The position numbers were made by a program, and so were the translations under genes. 50,062 bases of DNA from Octopus sinensis. Its lineage: Eukaryota. The stretch spans positions 1 to 50,062 of the forward strand of contig NW_021834352.1 of assembly GCF_006345805.1 (NCBI RefSeq), read 5' to 3'. The notes under the pieces were generated by a model. It saw only the letters and a program-made list of their open reading frames with translations, searched no databases and was not told where the DNA came from. This document shows, piece after piece, positions 27,460 through 38,579 of the stretch (positions are counted from its first letter, which is position 1; each line of letters opens with the position of its first letter).

Positions 27460-29211
27460 ATCACCACCCCCTTTTTTTTTTGGTTATTGTGGTGTGTTTG
27501 TTTCGAGTGTGTCATTGTGAAGAGGTTGTGAGTTCGAGTTCGTTGGAGGACGTTGAAAGGTTTTTTGTTGGAGATTTTTGAAAATGCAAGAGCAGACTTA
27601 TGCGAGAGCAGCAGGCAGAGGCCTAGTTGCCAGTGAATTGGAAATGGAGGAAGTGGTGGTCGAACAGAAGACTCTGGATAAGTATTTCGACAGTTTGAAG
27701 AGGGAGGGTGACTGCGTGAGAGTCACACCGTCCGAGGAGGAAGAAAGCAACGTGGAGAAGCGTATGATAACGTACAGGACATGGTGTGTGGCGTCGAAAA
27801 AAGTTGAAGTAGCAGAAACGGAAGAAGGAGAAAAGTGTCTGAAGGAAATTGAGGGTGAACCCACATTTTTCAAAAGAGGAAGGAAATATGCCACAGTGGT
27901 GGTTATTTTTAAACAGAAAATGAAGCAAAAAAGAATGCAACAAGATTTTGAAAACGGATAAGTGGACTTTACTACCAAGTTACTGCGGAAGGAGGGCAGT
28001 GAGGATGAGAATTAGCAGAATTTCGCCCGAATTTAATATGGAGAGGTTGTTGGCGGCAGTGGTTTTCAACTGCAAGGATAGTGTGGAGGTGTTGAAGGTG
28101 GAGAAATCAACAGAGGTTAAGTGGTGGGGGGATATACGGTGCAGGTTCTGGCACACATAACCGTGCGAGACCTGTACAACATCCCGGAGGAGTTGGTCTA
28201 CCCTGATGAGACACGGCTTAGAGTCGTGGTAGAGGGAAGACCCCCAGTCTGCTATAATTGTAAATCAAGGGGCCACATGAAGGATGTGTGCCCGCTGGAG
28301 AAGACGAAGGCACCGAAGGCTGTAATAGAGGAGTGTAAAGATGCGTGTGTGGAGGAGGGAGAAGTGCAGGAGGAAGCGAAAGCAGAGGAGGCACAAACGG
28401 AGGAGCAGCTAAATGAGGATACGGAAGAAGAACGAGCAAGTGCAGAGGAGGAAAGAACAGAAGATAGGAAGAGAACAAGGTGGAATCACCACCGAAAGTT
28501 CTAAAAAAGAAAAAAATCAAAAGCAAGATAACAGAAGAAAGAGAGAGAGAACACGCAAAGAACAGGAAGTAAAAGAGAAGGCGAGAGAGCAGCCAAGGAC
28601 AGAGTTTGAACAAGAATGGGAGACAAGAGTGAAAGAGCAGCTGAAGCGTGTAAAAAGGGAAGAAGGCCTGCAGGAAAAAACCTGAAAGCAGTTGTGATGT
28701 ATATCAAGAATACAGAAGTGGAAAAGAGACTTGCAGGTAGGAAAGCGGTTGGTCAGGTGAAGTTGAACCCAGAACTGTATGGTGACGATGTAAAAGGCGC
28801 AGTATAGAAAAAGAAACATTCACAAAATTAAAAAAGATTTTAATGCTATTTATATAGCGCATTATGTACGGTATGACAATTTACCAAATGTAATAGACCA
28901 AATGGACTTAATAGAATATATGACGGACGAACGTCCAATATAAAAGAATTAGATATATGTAATGTTAAAAAGTAAAATTGTTAATTGTAAAATTGTAAAA
29001 TGTAAAATTGTATTTTGAACTGGAATATATGTAATTGTGAAATGTACAATTGTATTTTAAACGGAACTGCGAGTTGGGGGTTCGTAAGCCGTTCCATCTC
29101 ATTATATATAATTCATCTTATTCATATTTTATTTTTACTTTATGTACCCCACGTCCCGTCTTGTAATGTCCCGTCTGAATTTGGCCATCGTGCCCATAAT
29201 AAAGATATAAT
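27460..29211 (+). mobile_element. ORF1-only non-autonomous retroposon, unit 2
   Basis: Tandem copy of 25688-27459 (period ~1770 bp, high identity); aataaa at 29198-29203; followed by atcacc. Confidence 0.8.
27584..28943 (+). pseudogene. Frameshifted ORF1/Gag-like protein with intact CCHC zinc knuckle
   Basis: CYNCKSRGHMKDVC = C-x2-C-x4-H-x4-C in track ORF 28121-28504; frameshifts mostly at different positions from unit 1. Confidence 0.8.
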
Positions 29212-29452
29212 ATCACCAGCTGACCGGTGTCTGCTACTCTAGGCCGATGAAGGACAATGATCCTGAAACACGTGTCCTTAGATGCAGCTTCGGCAGCCGG
29301 GGTGTTTGTCTCCCCTTCGTAAATGTATATAAGGACTCAGTGAAAAAATGTATCAAAGCCATCAGGAGGCGTTCGATGCTTCCTAGGGCTATACAGCGGT
29401 GGTGTACCCCCTACTGTCACGTTCTTGTTAGATTGACAGTATACAACCATTC
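29212..29452 (+). mobile_element. Right part of the retrozyme-like repeat, carrying the hammerhead
   Basis: Contains HHR 29231-29287; 29306-29452 repeats 25418-25564; ends directly at (TA)n. Confidence 0.8.
29231..29287 (+). ncRNA. Minimal type I hammerhead ribozyme, core variant CCGAUGA
   Basis: Stem I tctagg/cttaga plus ctgc/gcag; core 29244-29250; stem II agga/tcct with 6-nt loop; GAAA 29265-29268; stem III C-acgt-G (palindrome CACGTG); GUC cleavage after 29276. Confidence 0.8.
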
Positions 29453-29539
29453 ATATATATATATATATATATATATGAAGGTGCCTAGCTCGGAGAGTCT
29501 AAGCATACCAAGCCAAATGAGTTTAAAGCCAATCGGGAA

Positions 29540-29625
29540 CAGAGAGTTAATAAGATAAGTGCCATTTAAGCACTGGAATCGATGTAGTGTACGTGGCACC
29601 GAAATTGCTGGCCCTATACCAAGCA
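29540..29625 (+). mobile_element. CORE-SINE 3' fragment
   Basis: taataagataagtgccatttaagcactggaatcgatgtag..gaaattgctggccctatacc, similar to the 3' half of the other copies. Confidence 0.5.
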
Positions 29626-29932
29626 TCAACACCAATATAAGCACGATCACTCGCCCGCGCACGAACATACACAGAAGCACACACACAAAGACGGCACACA
29701 CACGTACACACACACACTCACATGTATGTTAAATATCGCCTCGACATTTCTGTGGCTAGAAACTCCTTAATCTAATAATCATTATCCGGCTATCCATCTA
29801 TCTATATTTCAGAGTTTATGAATACATGTATATGTATGTGTCAATGTATATAGATACATATATAATTTCGAACAATGGAGATGGTAATTTCATTTTAATA
29901 GATGGTTTTTAATTATTTCATCACTCCCCTTT

Positions 29933-30036
29933 ATTATAACTGATCATGCATAGGATTGTCAGTGTATTCGGAATGTACTGAATTATAACTGATCATGCAT
30001 AGGATTGTCAGTGTATTCGGAATGTACTGAATTATA
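29933..30036. repeat. Perfect 49-bp tandem duplication
   Basis: attataactgatcatgcataggattgtcagtgtattcggaatgtactga x2 plus attata. Confidence 0.97.
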
Positions 30037-30679
30037 TATATGTATATAATATATGCAGGAGTAGCCGGCGGTCCTCGGGTATTAAATACTCAGCAATGGT
30101 CTTAATAAGTTGTACCATTCTTTTCGTTGTACATCTCTTTGAATATTTTTTTGCGTTAAGTTACAAACACTGACATAGAGGAAGCAATGATTTTTTACAA
30201 GTGGCATTTAATAGTTGAACAACCAAATACCACAGCAGGCGCTCGCACTTCGGATAATGGTGGTGGAGGGAAATGCTCACAAATCGCTCAATATTTTATC
30301 ATCACCAGCATTTTATCCTATTAGATTGGTGTTGAAAGGATATTGTCTAATTATTGGATTGATGTAAACGGCGCGAACTAAGTAGGAAAAATTCTCTGAA
30401 AAGAAATTAACAATGAAAGGGAGAAAACTCTAAACTTTCCATTAGACACATTATAATGGGGAAACATTTGTCAGTGAAAATGATTTTAAAAATACAGTAA
30501 ATTCTTCGAAAAACACCCGTTCGCAACCTCGGTGGGAAATATATATTTTTTTATCTATAGGTTTCTTTCGTGTGCATTCAACGAATATCACTGCCAATAA
30601 CTTGGCTGCTATTTCTAGCGCGCACCGATGCCACATAAATGCTATTTGCGATAAAGGAGCAGAAATACCTGTTATGTGG

Positions 30680-30713
<34 letters not shown>

Positions 30714-30716
<3 letters not shown>

Positions 30717-30930
30717 AGGGTGCTGAAAAGGTCCTGGCTTTCGGTAGAAGAACAGGCAAAGGGATCAGTTAAATATGATTTTATCGAACCTATCCGATTC
30801 TCAGATTCGCACAGATATCACAGCTATCCTTCAGTTTTCCTGCGCCCTATAAAAGAACTCGTGAGCTTGGACTACCAACCAGGCTTTTCGTAATACCTTT
30901 CAAGGCAAGAACTTTCCAGCAGCCTTCATG
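30714..30930. mobile_element. Mariner-derived MITE
   Basis: Imperfect TIRs: tacagggtgctgaaaaggtcctggctt and aaggcaagaactttccagcagccttcatg; ~217 bp, non-coding. Confidence 0.65.
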
Positions 30931-30989
30931 TTTGTATATATTTGATATGTATGTGCAGGTTCTTGATTGTATGCGTGCGTGTGTGAGGG

Positions 30990-31095
30990 GACATCGCGTA
31001 AGGGTTAGGACACTACACTTACGAGCACGATGTCGCAGTCTCAAATCCTAGACAGGGTGGTGCGTTTGTTCTCGAACAAAACACTTTGTTTTGTC
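30990..31095 (+). mobile_element. Decayed tRNA-SINE head
   Basis: gggttagga..gtcgcagtctcaaatcctagacaggg..ctcgaacaaaacactt, resembling 37098-37215. Confidence 0.35.
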
Positions 31096-31262
31096 CTGCG
31101 ATAACACCGACAACTGAGCGGTCATTCAACTTCGATTTGATGGAGAGAATAAACTTATGTGCAGCACAAATATTTGATCCCTATAAACAAATAATTTTCG
31201 GGGGTCGTACTGGAAAAGCTTAACACCCTTACTTTGTTGTTTTCGGTGGGAGATTTCATCAT

Positions 31263-31305
<43 letters not shown>

Positions 31306-31314
31306 ATATATATA

Positions 31315-31500
31315 TGGTGTGCATCGTTGGCGATCTTCTTTCTCTGTCTTCCCTTCCTTCGACCTTTCCTTTTTGACGAAGAGGTCCGCTCGAAACGTTA
31401 CACCCTCCTTCTTTCTTTCCTTTCCTGAACGTCCAATAACTCTATACTTGTTCCACGTCCTCGTCTTGTTATGTTTTCTCTTAGTTCATGTTTGGATTAA
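31315..31500 (+). mobile_element. PLE pseudo-LTR remnant with degenerate hammerhead-like motif
   Basis: ttgacga-a-gag-gtccg-ctc-gaaacgtt at 31373-31399; no stem I pairing; flanked by (TA)n on both sides. Confidence 0.5.
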
Positions 31501-31798
31501 CTATATATATATATATATATATTCTTCAAAGTATACCATCAATTATTAAATCAAATTATTTGTTTGTGGTTAAATGACGATTCAATGATATATTTACATA
31601 AGCCCGTTTGGAAATGTGCATATAAGTTGGCGTGTATTTGCAAGTGTATAGTTATTGAATTGATATATACTACGCGGTGATTGATGTGTGTTATGAATGC
31701 ATATCATCGAAAATGAGGTCGTGTTCTCCGATATCGACACGCTACAGCGCTCATATATTCACGGTCGAATGTGTCGATACATATTAAGAACGAATATG

Positions 31799-31867
<69 letters not shown>

Positions 31868-32842
31868 ATTGCTTGAATATCTCTTGTTCTGTTCGCAAAC
31901 CGTGAATTACTATGTAGTAGTTTGGCATTGGCAATTTATTTTTTCTAATATCTATAAGCAAATTTGCGCTCGACGTTCATCGGCCCGGCGAGAAATGTTT
32001 GACAGAGGAGACAGACAGCGAGGTGAAAACACTGCGGTGTCTTAAAGTCTCCCAACACAAATGAATCGATGTGATCTTCGATGACGAAAGACATAAGCCA
32101 TTCGATATAGCCTTTCGAATCTTTCAAAATATCAAAATTGGCTCGATCCGTTATTGTTTGTATTCTCGATCTGCATGCATCACTTGTATTATCATATTAT
32201 GTTACATCAAAGCATACATCATTTATAGAAACTACGGCGCCAAGATCTGTTCATTAATTTGATTGTATTTTCGTTTTTATCGATAAGTGCTTAAAGTATT
32301 AGTATATTCATTTCGTTTGTTGAAACGTATCCAGTGTAGATATATTTAAACATGAACTTCATCTAATTTAATGTAGCATACTCATAAATATTTCACCAAA
32401 TGGCTGATTAACTCTTTCAGAATTTGTTTTCGTGTCCTGAAATGAATATGTTAACAGACAAAGAAAGGAAACATATAATTACACCGTTCAGGATGTGTTG
32501 TTCTCTAAATGTGATGTATACAAATAACGTCTCCATCTAGATTCGCTTACAAAATCCATGCGTCCACGAGTATGTATCTCTACTCAAAATCGCTGATGAA
32601 TATCTTATCCTGAGCTCTTTACATATTTTGAAGTGTTGCCATATCTTATTTGATACAGTACTGATGCTCGTCAGATTTACTTTAGCAAGAAGAAAATGAA
32701 ACGTAAAAATTAAAAGTCGAGATAATTAAAACTTGGTTAAATTTTTTCATTCACATAACAACGTAATGTCAATGAAATTTTTCCCTTCTCAGTATATTTC
32801 GACCGGAAGACTAGCGATTCGGCCAAAGCGCTGTATGAATAT

Positions 32843-33062
32843 TTTAAAATATTGGCTTAAAAATTGTTGGTTCAAAGCTAACGATTTCAGGCGAGGAGGG
32901 ATGTCAAGTAGATCGATTCCCGTGATCAACTGGTACTTTCTTTATCGGCTCTGAAGGAATGGAAGGTAAAGCTAATGTCAGCGAAGTTTGAACTTAGAAC
33001 ATGAAGACGGACGAAATGTTGTTAAACATGTTGGCCGGAATACTAGCGAGTCTGTCAACGTA
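32843..33062 (-). mobile_element. CORE-type SINE (first of a tandem pair)
   Basis: attggctt..caactggtactttctttatcgg..gaagtttgaacttagaac..gacggacgaaatg. Confidence 0.65.
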
Positions 33063-33082
33063 GAGCCTACATTTTAAAAATA

Positions 33083-33300
33083 TTGGCTTAGAATATTGGC
33101 GTAAGGCCAGCAATTTCTGGGGCGGAGCTAACTCGATTACATCGTCTCTAGTGCCCAGCTGGTACATAATTCATTGAACATCAAATGACAAAATGGCTAA
33201 GTCGACGGTGATGGAATGCGAACTCAGCTCGTAAGAACGAACCAAATGACGCTAAGCATTTTGCCTGGCGTGCTAACAATTCTGCCAACACGCTGCCTTA
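33083..33300 (-). mobile_element. CORE-type SINE (second of a tandem pair)
   Basis: aaggccagcaattt..cgattacatcg..aagtcgac..gctaagcattttgcctggcgtgctaacaattctgccaacacgctgcctt. Confidence 0.75.
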
Positions 33301-33897
33301 ACATATTAAAAATATTAACAGTCAGAGACATTTGGCTTAATTGTGGAGGATAGCATTTAGGAAGCTCTTTACACAAACAAGATCACCACGGAACAAATGG
33401 CAAAATATTAATAAATCATAGTTTATATAATATTAAATTCACTATATTGCAAACCTGCATTTAATGCCTCTCTTGGATTTCAGACCTTTGAAGGATAACT
33501 TGACATTTGAGCTTCCTTCTGTAATATAACATTAAAAGATCGTATATCACATGAAGTAAATATTAATCAAGAGTATGGCGGAAGATGGGGATAATTTACA
33601 ATCTATTCCCTTCGAAGACAGGGCCTGAAGTTTCAAGCAACGTATGATGCATAAACTGCGATAAATGTTGTGCGAATACGTTGCAGACGTTGTGGTAGGA
33701 AGAGCGATACAGCACACAAAATTGTATATTTGTTTACTGTCAACTGCTTACTTGCTACAGATGCCATAAAAGTAATCATGCCACATATTCGACGTTAGCA
33801 GTGATTAGGGAACCAGTACTTCATGCATCAATTTGATAGAAAGAGCAACCAAACTTCTTTAACCTTATACAATTTTGTTTTAACAGGAGAAACATTT

Positions 33898-34431
33898 GAT
33901 CGTTTCGGTTTCAACGGCAGTTTTTAACAGAATTTCTAAGTAACTAAAAAAATTTTAACTTCGTATACTCGTAGAACGTGTTTATTAAACATCTTTTACT
34001 CATGGCTTTAATGAGAAAACTCTATAGATTTTAAGATGTTTGGTCTTTAATTTCTTCAATTTCTGCAATTTCAACCAATCACTGGCGTCTATTGAGTTAA
34101 AAAGCATTCTGTGCCGTATGAATATGTCCCTCGTTTATTAAACAGATCTGGTTTATTTACATTTGTGAAGAAACAAAAATATACCCTTCCCCTACCCCTA
34201 CCCTAACCCTAATTAACCTTAACTTTTCACCTCAATAGACAGTCATTGATTGGTTGAAATTGCCGAAAAGCGAGAAATTTAAGACCAAATATCTTACAAA
34301 CTCTAGAATTTTCTCAATGAAGCCAAGAGAAAAAGATGTTTTATAAACACATTCTACCAGCATACGAAGTTTAAAAGTTTTTAGTTACCTAGAAATTATA
34401 TTAAAAACTGCCGTTCAAACCGTAAAGATCC
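33898..34431. mobile_element. Mutator-like foldback MITE with ~207-bp TIRs and 9-bp TSD
   Basis: Arms 33898-34104 and 34223-34431 are reverse complements; gaaacattt flanks both ends (33889-33897, 34432-34440); spacer contains ccctaccctaaccctaa. Confidence 0.85.
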
Positions 34432-34879
34432 GAAACATTTATAGAAAAGTTGTTTTTACATTGCATTTCATAAAGTAATAGCATTCAGAATACTGGTTTA
34501 ACATAAAACCCACATGGAAAAGCAAGAACTTTGTCTTCGAATTTTTACAACTATATGATTGTAACTCAGTAATGTAGAGTCTACTAATCTGATTATGAGG
34601 GACTGGTGCTGCAGATGTGAAATCATGCATGCATAAATTTCATCACTTTTTTTCTGCACGATGTAATAACATCTAACTGTTCAAGGAGACTTAACATTTA
34701 ACTAGCAACGACTACACTTGAACATCGACACTATATGGTGTCCTGCTGTTATCATGTACCTGCAGGAAAAAAGTTTAGTGTTCAACAACATTCATTCTGA
34801 CACGGGTTTCACGTTTGATTCCAGTTTTATCAACAGTGTAAACCTGGACAGCTAGATTTAGCAGTTATAGGGTGAGTTT

Positions 34880-35778
34880 TGTAGATGACCCATCGACTAG
34901 AACTGCAACTGCTACTACCTAGGAAAACGCTTATCCTGTTCACCACATGCAAAGAGATGACAGGCGACTGGCTATAAATGCAAAAGCTTATGCTATTAGC
35001 ATATTCCGCGAAACAATCAAATCATTTCTGCACAATGAACTTGGCATGATGATGGCTTCTTCCTTATGTGTACCAGTTCATTTGAAACCTCTCCAAAGAG
35101 CACCAGTAACATGTGGCATTGTTTAAAGCAGATCAAGCTGGTCCCCTTGAATGTTTTCTAACCCAGGATGAATGTTGTGTCGTCATTTTGAACCAGAGTC
35201 AAAGAGGTCACATAATGCCATGGCAGTTTCATTTGAAGGAAAGGTGATGGCCTCTGCTTTTTTTTTTCTGCAAGAAGCATTGTGCGTATTGAATATTTTA
35301 AAAAGGACCTCATTATCAATGGAAAGCAGTATGCCAAGTCGCCGAGGCAATTACGAAGGTCTATCAATACCAATCGCCAGGGAAAACTGAAGAAAGGTGT
35401 CTTGTTTCATAAGGAAAATCATGCAGGACACTACTCCGTGGTTTCAATGGTTAGTGTGCGTGAACTTGGTTTTAAAGAGATTGATCAATCTCCAAACCAT
35501 TCTCCTAAATTGGTCGTATCTGAGTATCATCCGTTTACGAACATGAAACTGACTTGGCTGCGAAACAGTATCACAGCCATGGCGACGTTATGTCTGCTGT
35601 TGATGACGTTTTAGACCAACAAGATGAAAGCTCTTTGAAAAACTGTATCCCAGTACTGCAACATCGGAGGCAGAAGTATTTCAACCTTAAGATGGACTAT
35701 TTAAAAAGTAAACCTAATTTGGTGATATTCCAATAAAATTTTGTTGCTCAGCCTATGAACTTTTCAACCGTAATCGCA
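34880..35778 (+). mobile_element. Decayed mariner (Tc1/mariner) transposase with right TIR
   Basis: DDRRL..LHNELGM (HTH); FLTQDEC..HFEPESKR; GKVMAS; RQGKLKKGVLFHKEN; PNHSPKL (cf. HPPYSPDL); LQHRRQKY; TIR-like gcctatgaacttttca. Confidence 0.85.
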
Positions 35779-36028
35779 TTTGTAGTTTATCTACTTAGTC
35801 AGGCACCGTAAGAGTAAAACAAAAAAAAAAGATTTACGTGTTTACTACCTCTCGGATATTGAAAGTTCTTTCCACGAGTATATACATCTACATACACATA
35901 CACACACATACACATATATAAAGGGAGAGAAAGAGAGAGAGAGTGCAAGAAAACGTGGCGTAGTTTATAATATATTAGTTACTTCGATTTACGTACGTTT
36001 CATTAACGAATAAAAAATGTTAAGTATA

Positions 36029-36110
36029 CGGTAATCCTCAATGTTCGTGGGTGTTATATTCCGCAACTTCCCGAGGCAAGCGAAAGTCCACGAAAGAGAA
36101 ACAGTACTGT
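36029..36110 (+). mobile_element. Possible pogo/Tigger-like MITE terminus
   Basis: TA then cggtaatcctcaatgttcgtgggtgttat; matching opposite TIR not seen. Confidence 0.3.
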
Positions 36111-36133
36111 ACTTTTATATATATATATTAGTA

Positions 36134-36187
<54 letters not shown>

Positions 36188-36204
36188 ATATATTACTAAT
36201 ATAT

Positions 36205-36975
36205 ATAATATCAACAATTGAGGGTAAAATTAATAATTATTAATCATTTCACCAAGTATTCAGTATGTAAAGGGACCATTATAGGCGAATTCCAAAATAT
36301 TACATTAATATATAAGGCTTAGTAAAATAAATTACTTTTGCACATACTGAACTCAATTAGAAATAGCAGCTAAAGAAATTTCTTCTGCTATTTCTAAACT
36401 TAAAGAAGATCTCTCTCAGATAGTGTTTGCCTAAACTAACTCACAAGTATGGGGGAAAATACATTAAAAAATCAAGTGCAAAGGTTATTTGAGAACGTAC
36501 GTTTCTAAATTAGTCAATTCGACATTTCTTTCTTCAGCTCAGAATTCCTTGAATCGGATTTGGGAACACTGAAAGTCGGAGCATACCCTTTCGGCTTCTA
36601 ATCACCTCAAGAATTCTGCTCGAACTAAAAGTGTTATCAATTCGAATATGCAAGCGAAGAATTTCGCTCTCGCCTTTCCACCAGCGTGGTTAAAATTGAC
36701 AAACCCATTTATTAACGGTGAAAACCGCAGCATTTACAGAGAAAGATGAATTATAATTTCAACAATTGAGGGTAAATTAATTAATGATTAATCAATTCCA
36801 CCAAGTATTCAGTATGTAAAGGGACCATTTAGGCGAATTCAAAATATTACATTATATATATAAGGGCTTAGTAAAAATAATTACTTTGCCACATACTGAA
36901 CTCATTAGAAATAGCAGCTAAAGAAATTTCTTCAGCTATTTCTAATACTTAAAGAAGATCTCTCTCTGATAGTGT
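36205..36975 (-). mobile_element. PLE-like remnant: ~222-bp direct repeats (36205-36426, 36753-36975) around a decayed ORF N-terminus
   Basis: Repeats roughly 90% identical by eye; minus frame SSRILEVIRSR resembles PLE ORF N-termini; next to (TA)n. Confidence 0.55.
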
Positions 36976-37097
36976 ATATCTTATCATTTTTATAATATGT
37001 ATATATATATTTCATAATAAATGCAAGACAATACTACTCATTCGTCTCCTGAATTTCGCTTTCCATACAGTAAGTGAAATTATTTGTTTACTCTTCT

Positions 37098-37215
37098 ATG
37101 GTGGAGGCGCAATGGCCCAATGTTAGAGCAGCGGACTCGCGGTCGTAGGATCGCGGTTTCGATTCGCAGACCGGGCGTTGTAAGTGTTTATTGAGCGAAA
37201 ACACCTAAAGCTCCA
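37098..37215 (+). mobile_element. tRNA-derived SINE head (young-looking)
   Basis: ggaggcgcaatggcccaatgttag (A-box-like)..gcggtttcgattc (B-box-like)..gagcgaaaacacctaaagctccac. Confidence 0.7.
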
Positions 37216-37239
37216 CTCTTCTATGGTAGCTATATCATA

Positions 37240-37325
37240 TCGACCGCTAAATGGAGGAGGAACTAAATCGAACTCGGCGGATTTGGAACTCGGATATGGG
37301 ACAGAGCAAATGCCGCCATGCAATT
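37240..37325 (-). mobile_element. CORE-SINE fragment
   Basis: aaatcgaactcggcggatttggaactcgg..caaatgccgcc. Confidence 0.45.
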
Positions 37326-38021
37326 TAAAATCAAGCATTATCTTACAGAGATAATCTGTATAGTTTCGGATAGCATTGAACTTGTTATATTATACCAAAC
37401 ATGTTCAAAATATATTCGACAAAATGCCACATATAACATTGTTATAGCTTAGGAAATTACATATTCAGCACTAGTTCAGTATTTCTATGTTTATGGATTT
37501 ATGAAACCATATATCCGTTATTTGAAAAAAAACAGGAAAAAAAAAGCACTGTAAACGGCTGTTAAAAATTACATTTTACATCATATGGAAATGTATTGAT
37601 AATGTAATTGAAGAGCTGTGCTTTGATATTGATTTTAACAAATGTTGATAAGTCAGAGTTGTTACGGAATAGAATAGAATGTTTTCTGGCAAACGTACCG
37701 ATAAGCTTCCTGCGTGCATCAAATCATGTTGAGGTCACATATGCAGGGTCAATGAAAATGCCAAACTCTGAAGTGTTAATTTAGCTTGAATTCAAAATTT
37801 AACGATCATGACAATGTGGATGATGGTGATGGAGATGATGGTGGTGGTGGTGGTGGTAGTGTTGGTCTTTCTGGTTTGCAAACAACACGAAGACATACAA
37901 GCGTTTAAAAGAGAATATTTAACCCACGCACTAAACACAAAATCATAAGCACATATGTATGAGTGTATGAATCCGTACGTACATACTTATGTGTGTATGT
38001 GTGTCTTTGCGTGTATATATA

Positions 38022-38530
38022 TACTAGCAGTATCGCCCGGCGTTGTTCGGGTTTGTAAGGGAAATAACTATATAAGCATTTTTAGAGAGTTACTTCCCTT
38101 ATAGATGCCAATTCGGGCTTTCTTAGCCATTTCTGTTTTGGTGTCTTCAAGCCATGAAGCCGTTGTTCTTAAAGAACGCTGGTCTCCTTGACAACGCTTT
38201 ACGACGTTGATTTCCTTACACTCCCTTCCCCACAGCTCATCACGAGGGAGGGAAGAAGGGGGAGAAGCAAACAGGTGCAGGTGTGACCATGGACGCCAAC
38301 TCCGCCGCCCTCGACACACGAAAAATTATGCATTAAAATGGAATGAAAAAAAATGAGTTAAATTATTTTTAAAATCATAGACTCATTGTAGACGCGCGCT
38401 AATACTCAGACGGGCTCGATATGAATCACAACTATAAGATACCCGAATTTGGTTAAACTGCACCGCAAAATGTGGGAGTAGTTAGGAATCTAAATCGAAG
38501 GAGACAGACACTCACACAACTACAGTTTTA
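38022..38530 (+). mobile_element. Non-autonomous Helitron-like element
   Basis: 5' tactagcagtatcgcccggcgttgttcggg with cccg/cggg subterminal hairpin; ends cagacactcacacaactacagttttatatata; no TSD; matches a recalled non-autonomous Helitron pattern. Confidence 0.55.
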
Positions 38531-38579
38531 TATATATATATTACACACACACACCATATATATATATATGTGTGTGTTC

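Noticed and set aside
25418-29452. LTR retrotransposon or TRIM interpretation
   Set aside because: The 147-bp direct repeats lack TG..CA ends, a PBS and a PPT; internal units have their own polyA signals and atcacc junctions.
29933-30036. CRISPR-like repeat
   Set aside because: Two abutting copies with no spacers, in a eukaryotic context with no cas genes.
33640-33695. tgatgcataa..ttgtgcgaatac hammerhead-like spacing
   Set aside because: Both conserved boxes are altered; cannot be supported.
37098-37175. tRNA gene
   Set aside because: A/B-box-like motifs are present but no proper cloverleaf acceptor stem; it continues into SINE body sequence.
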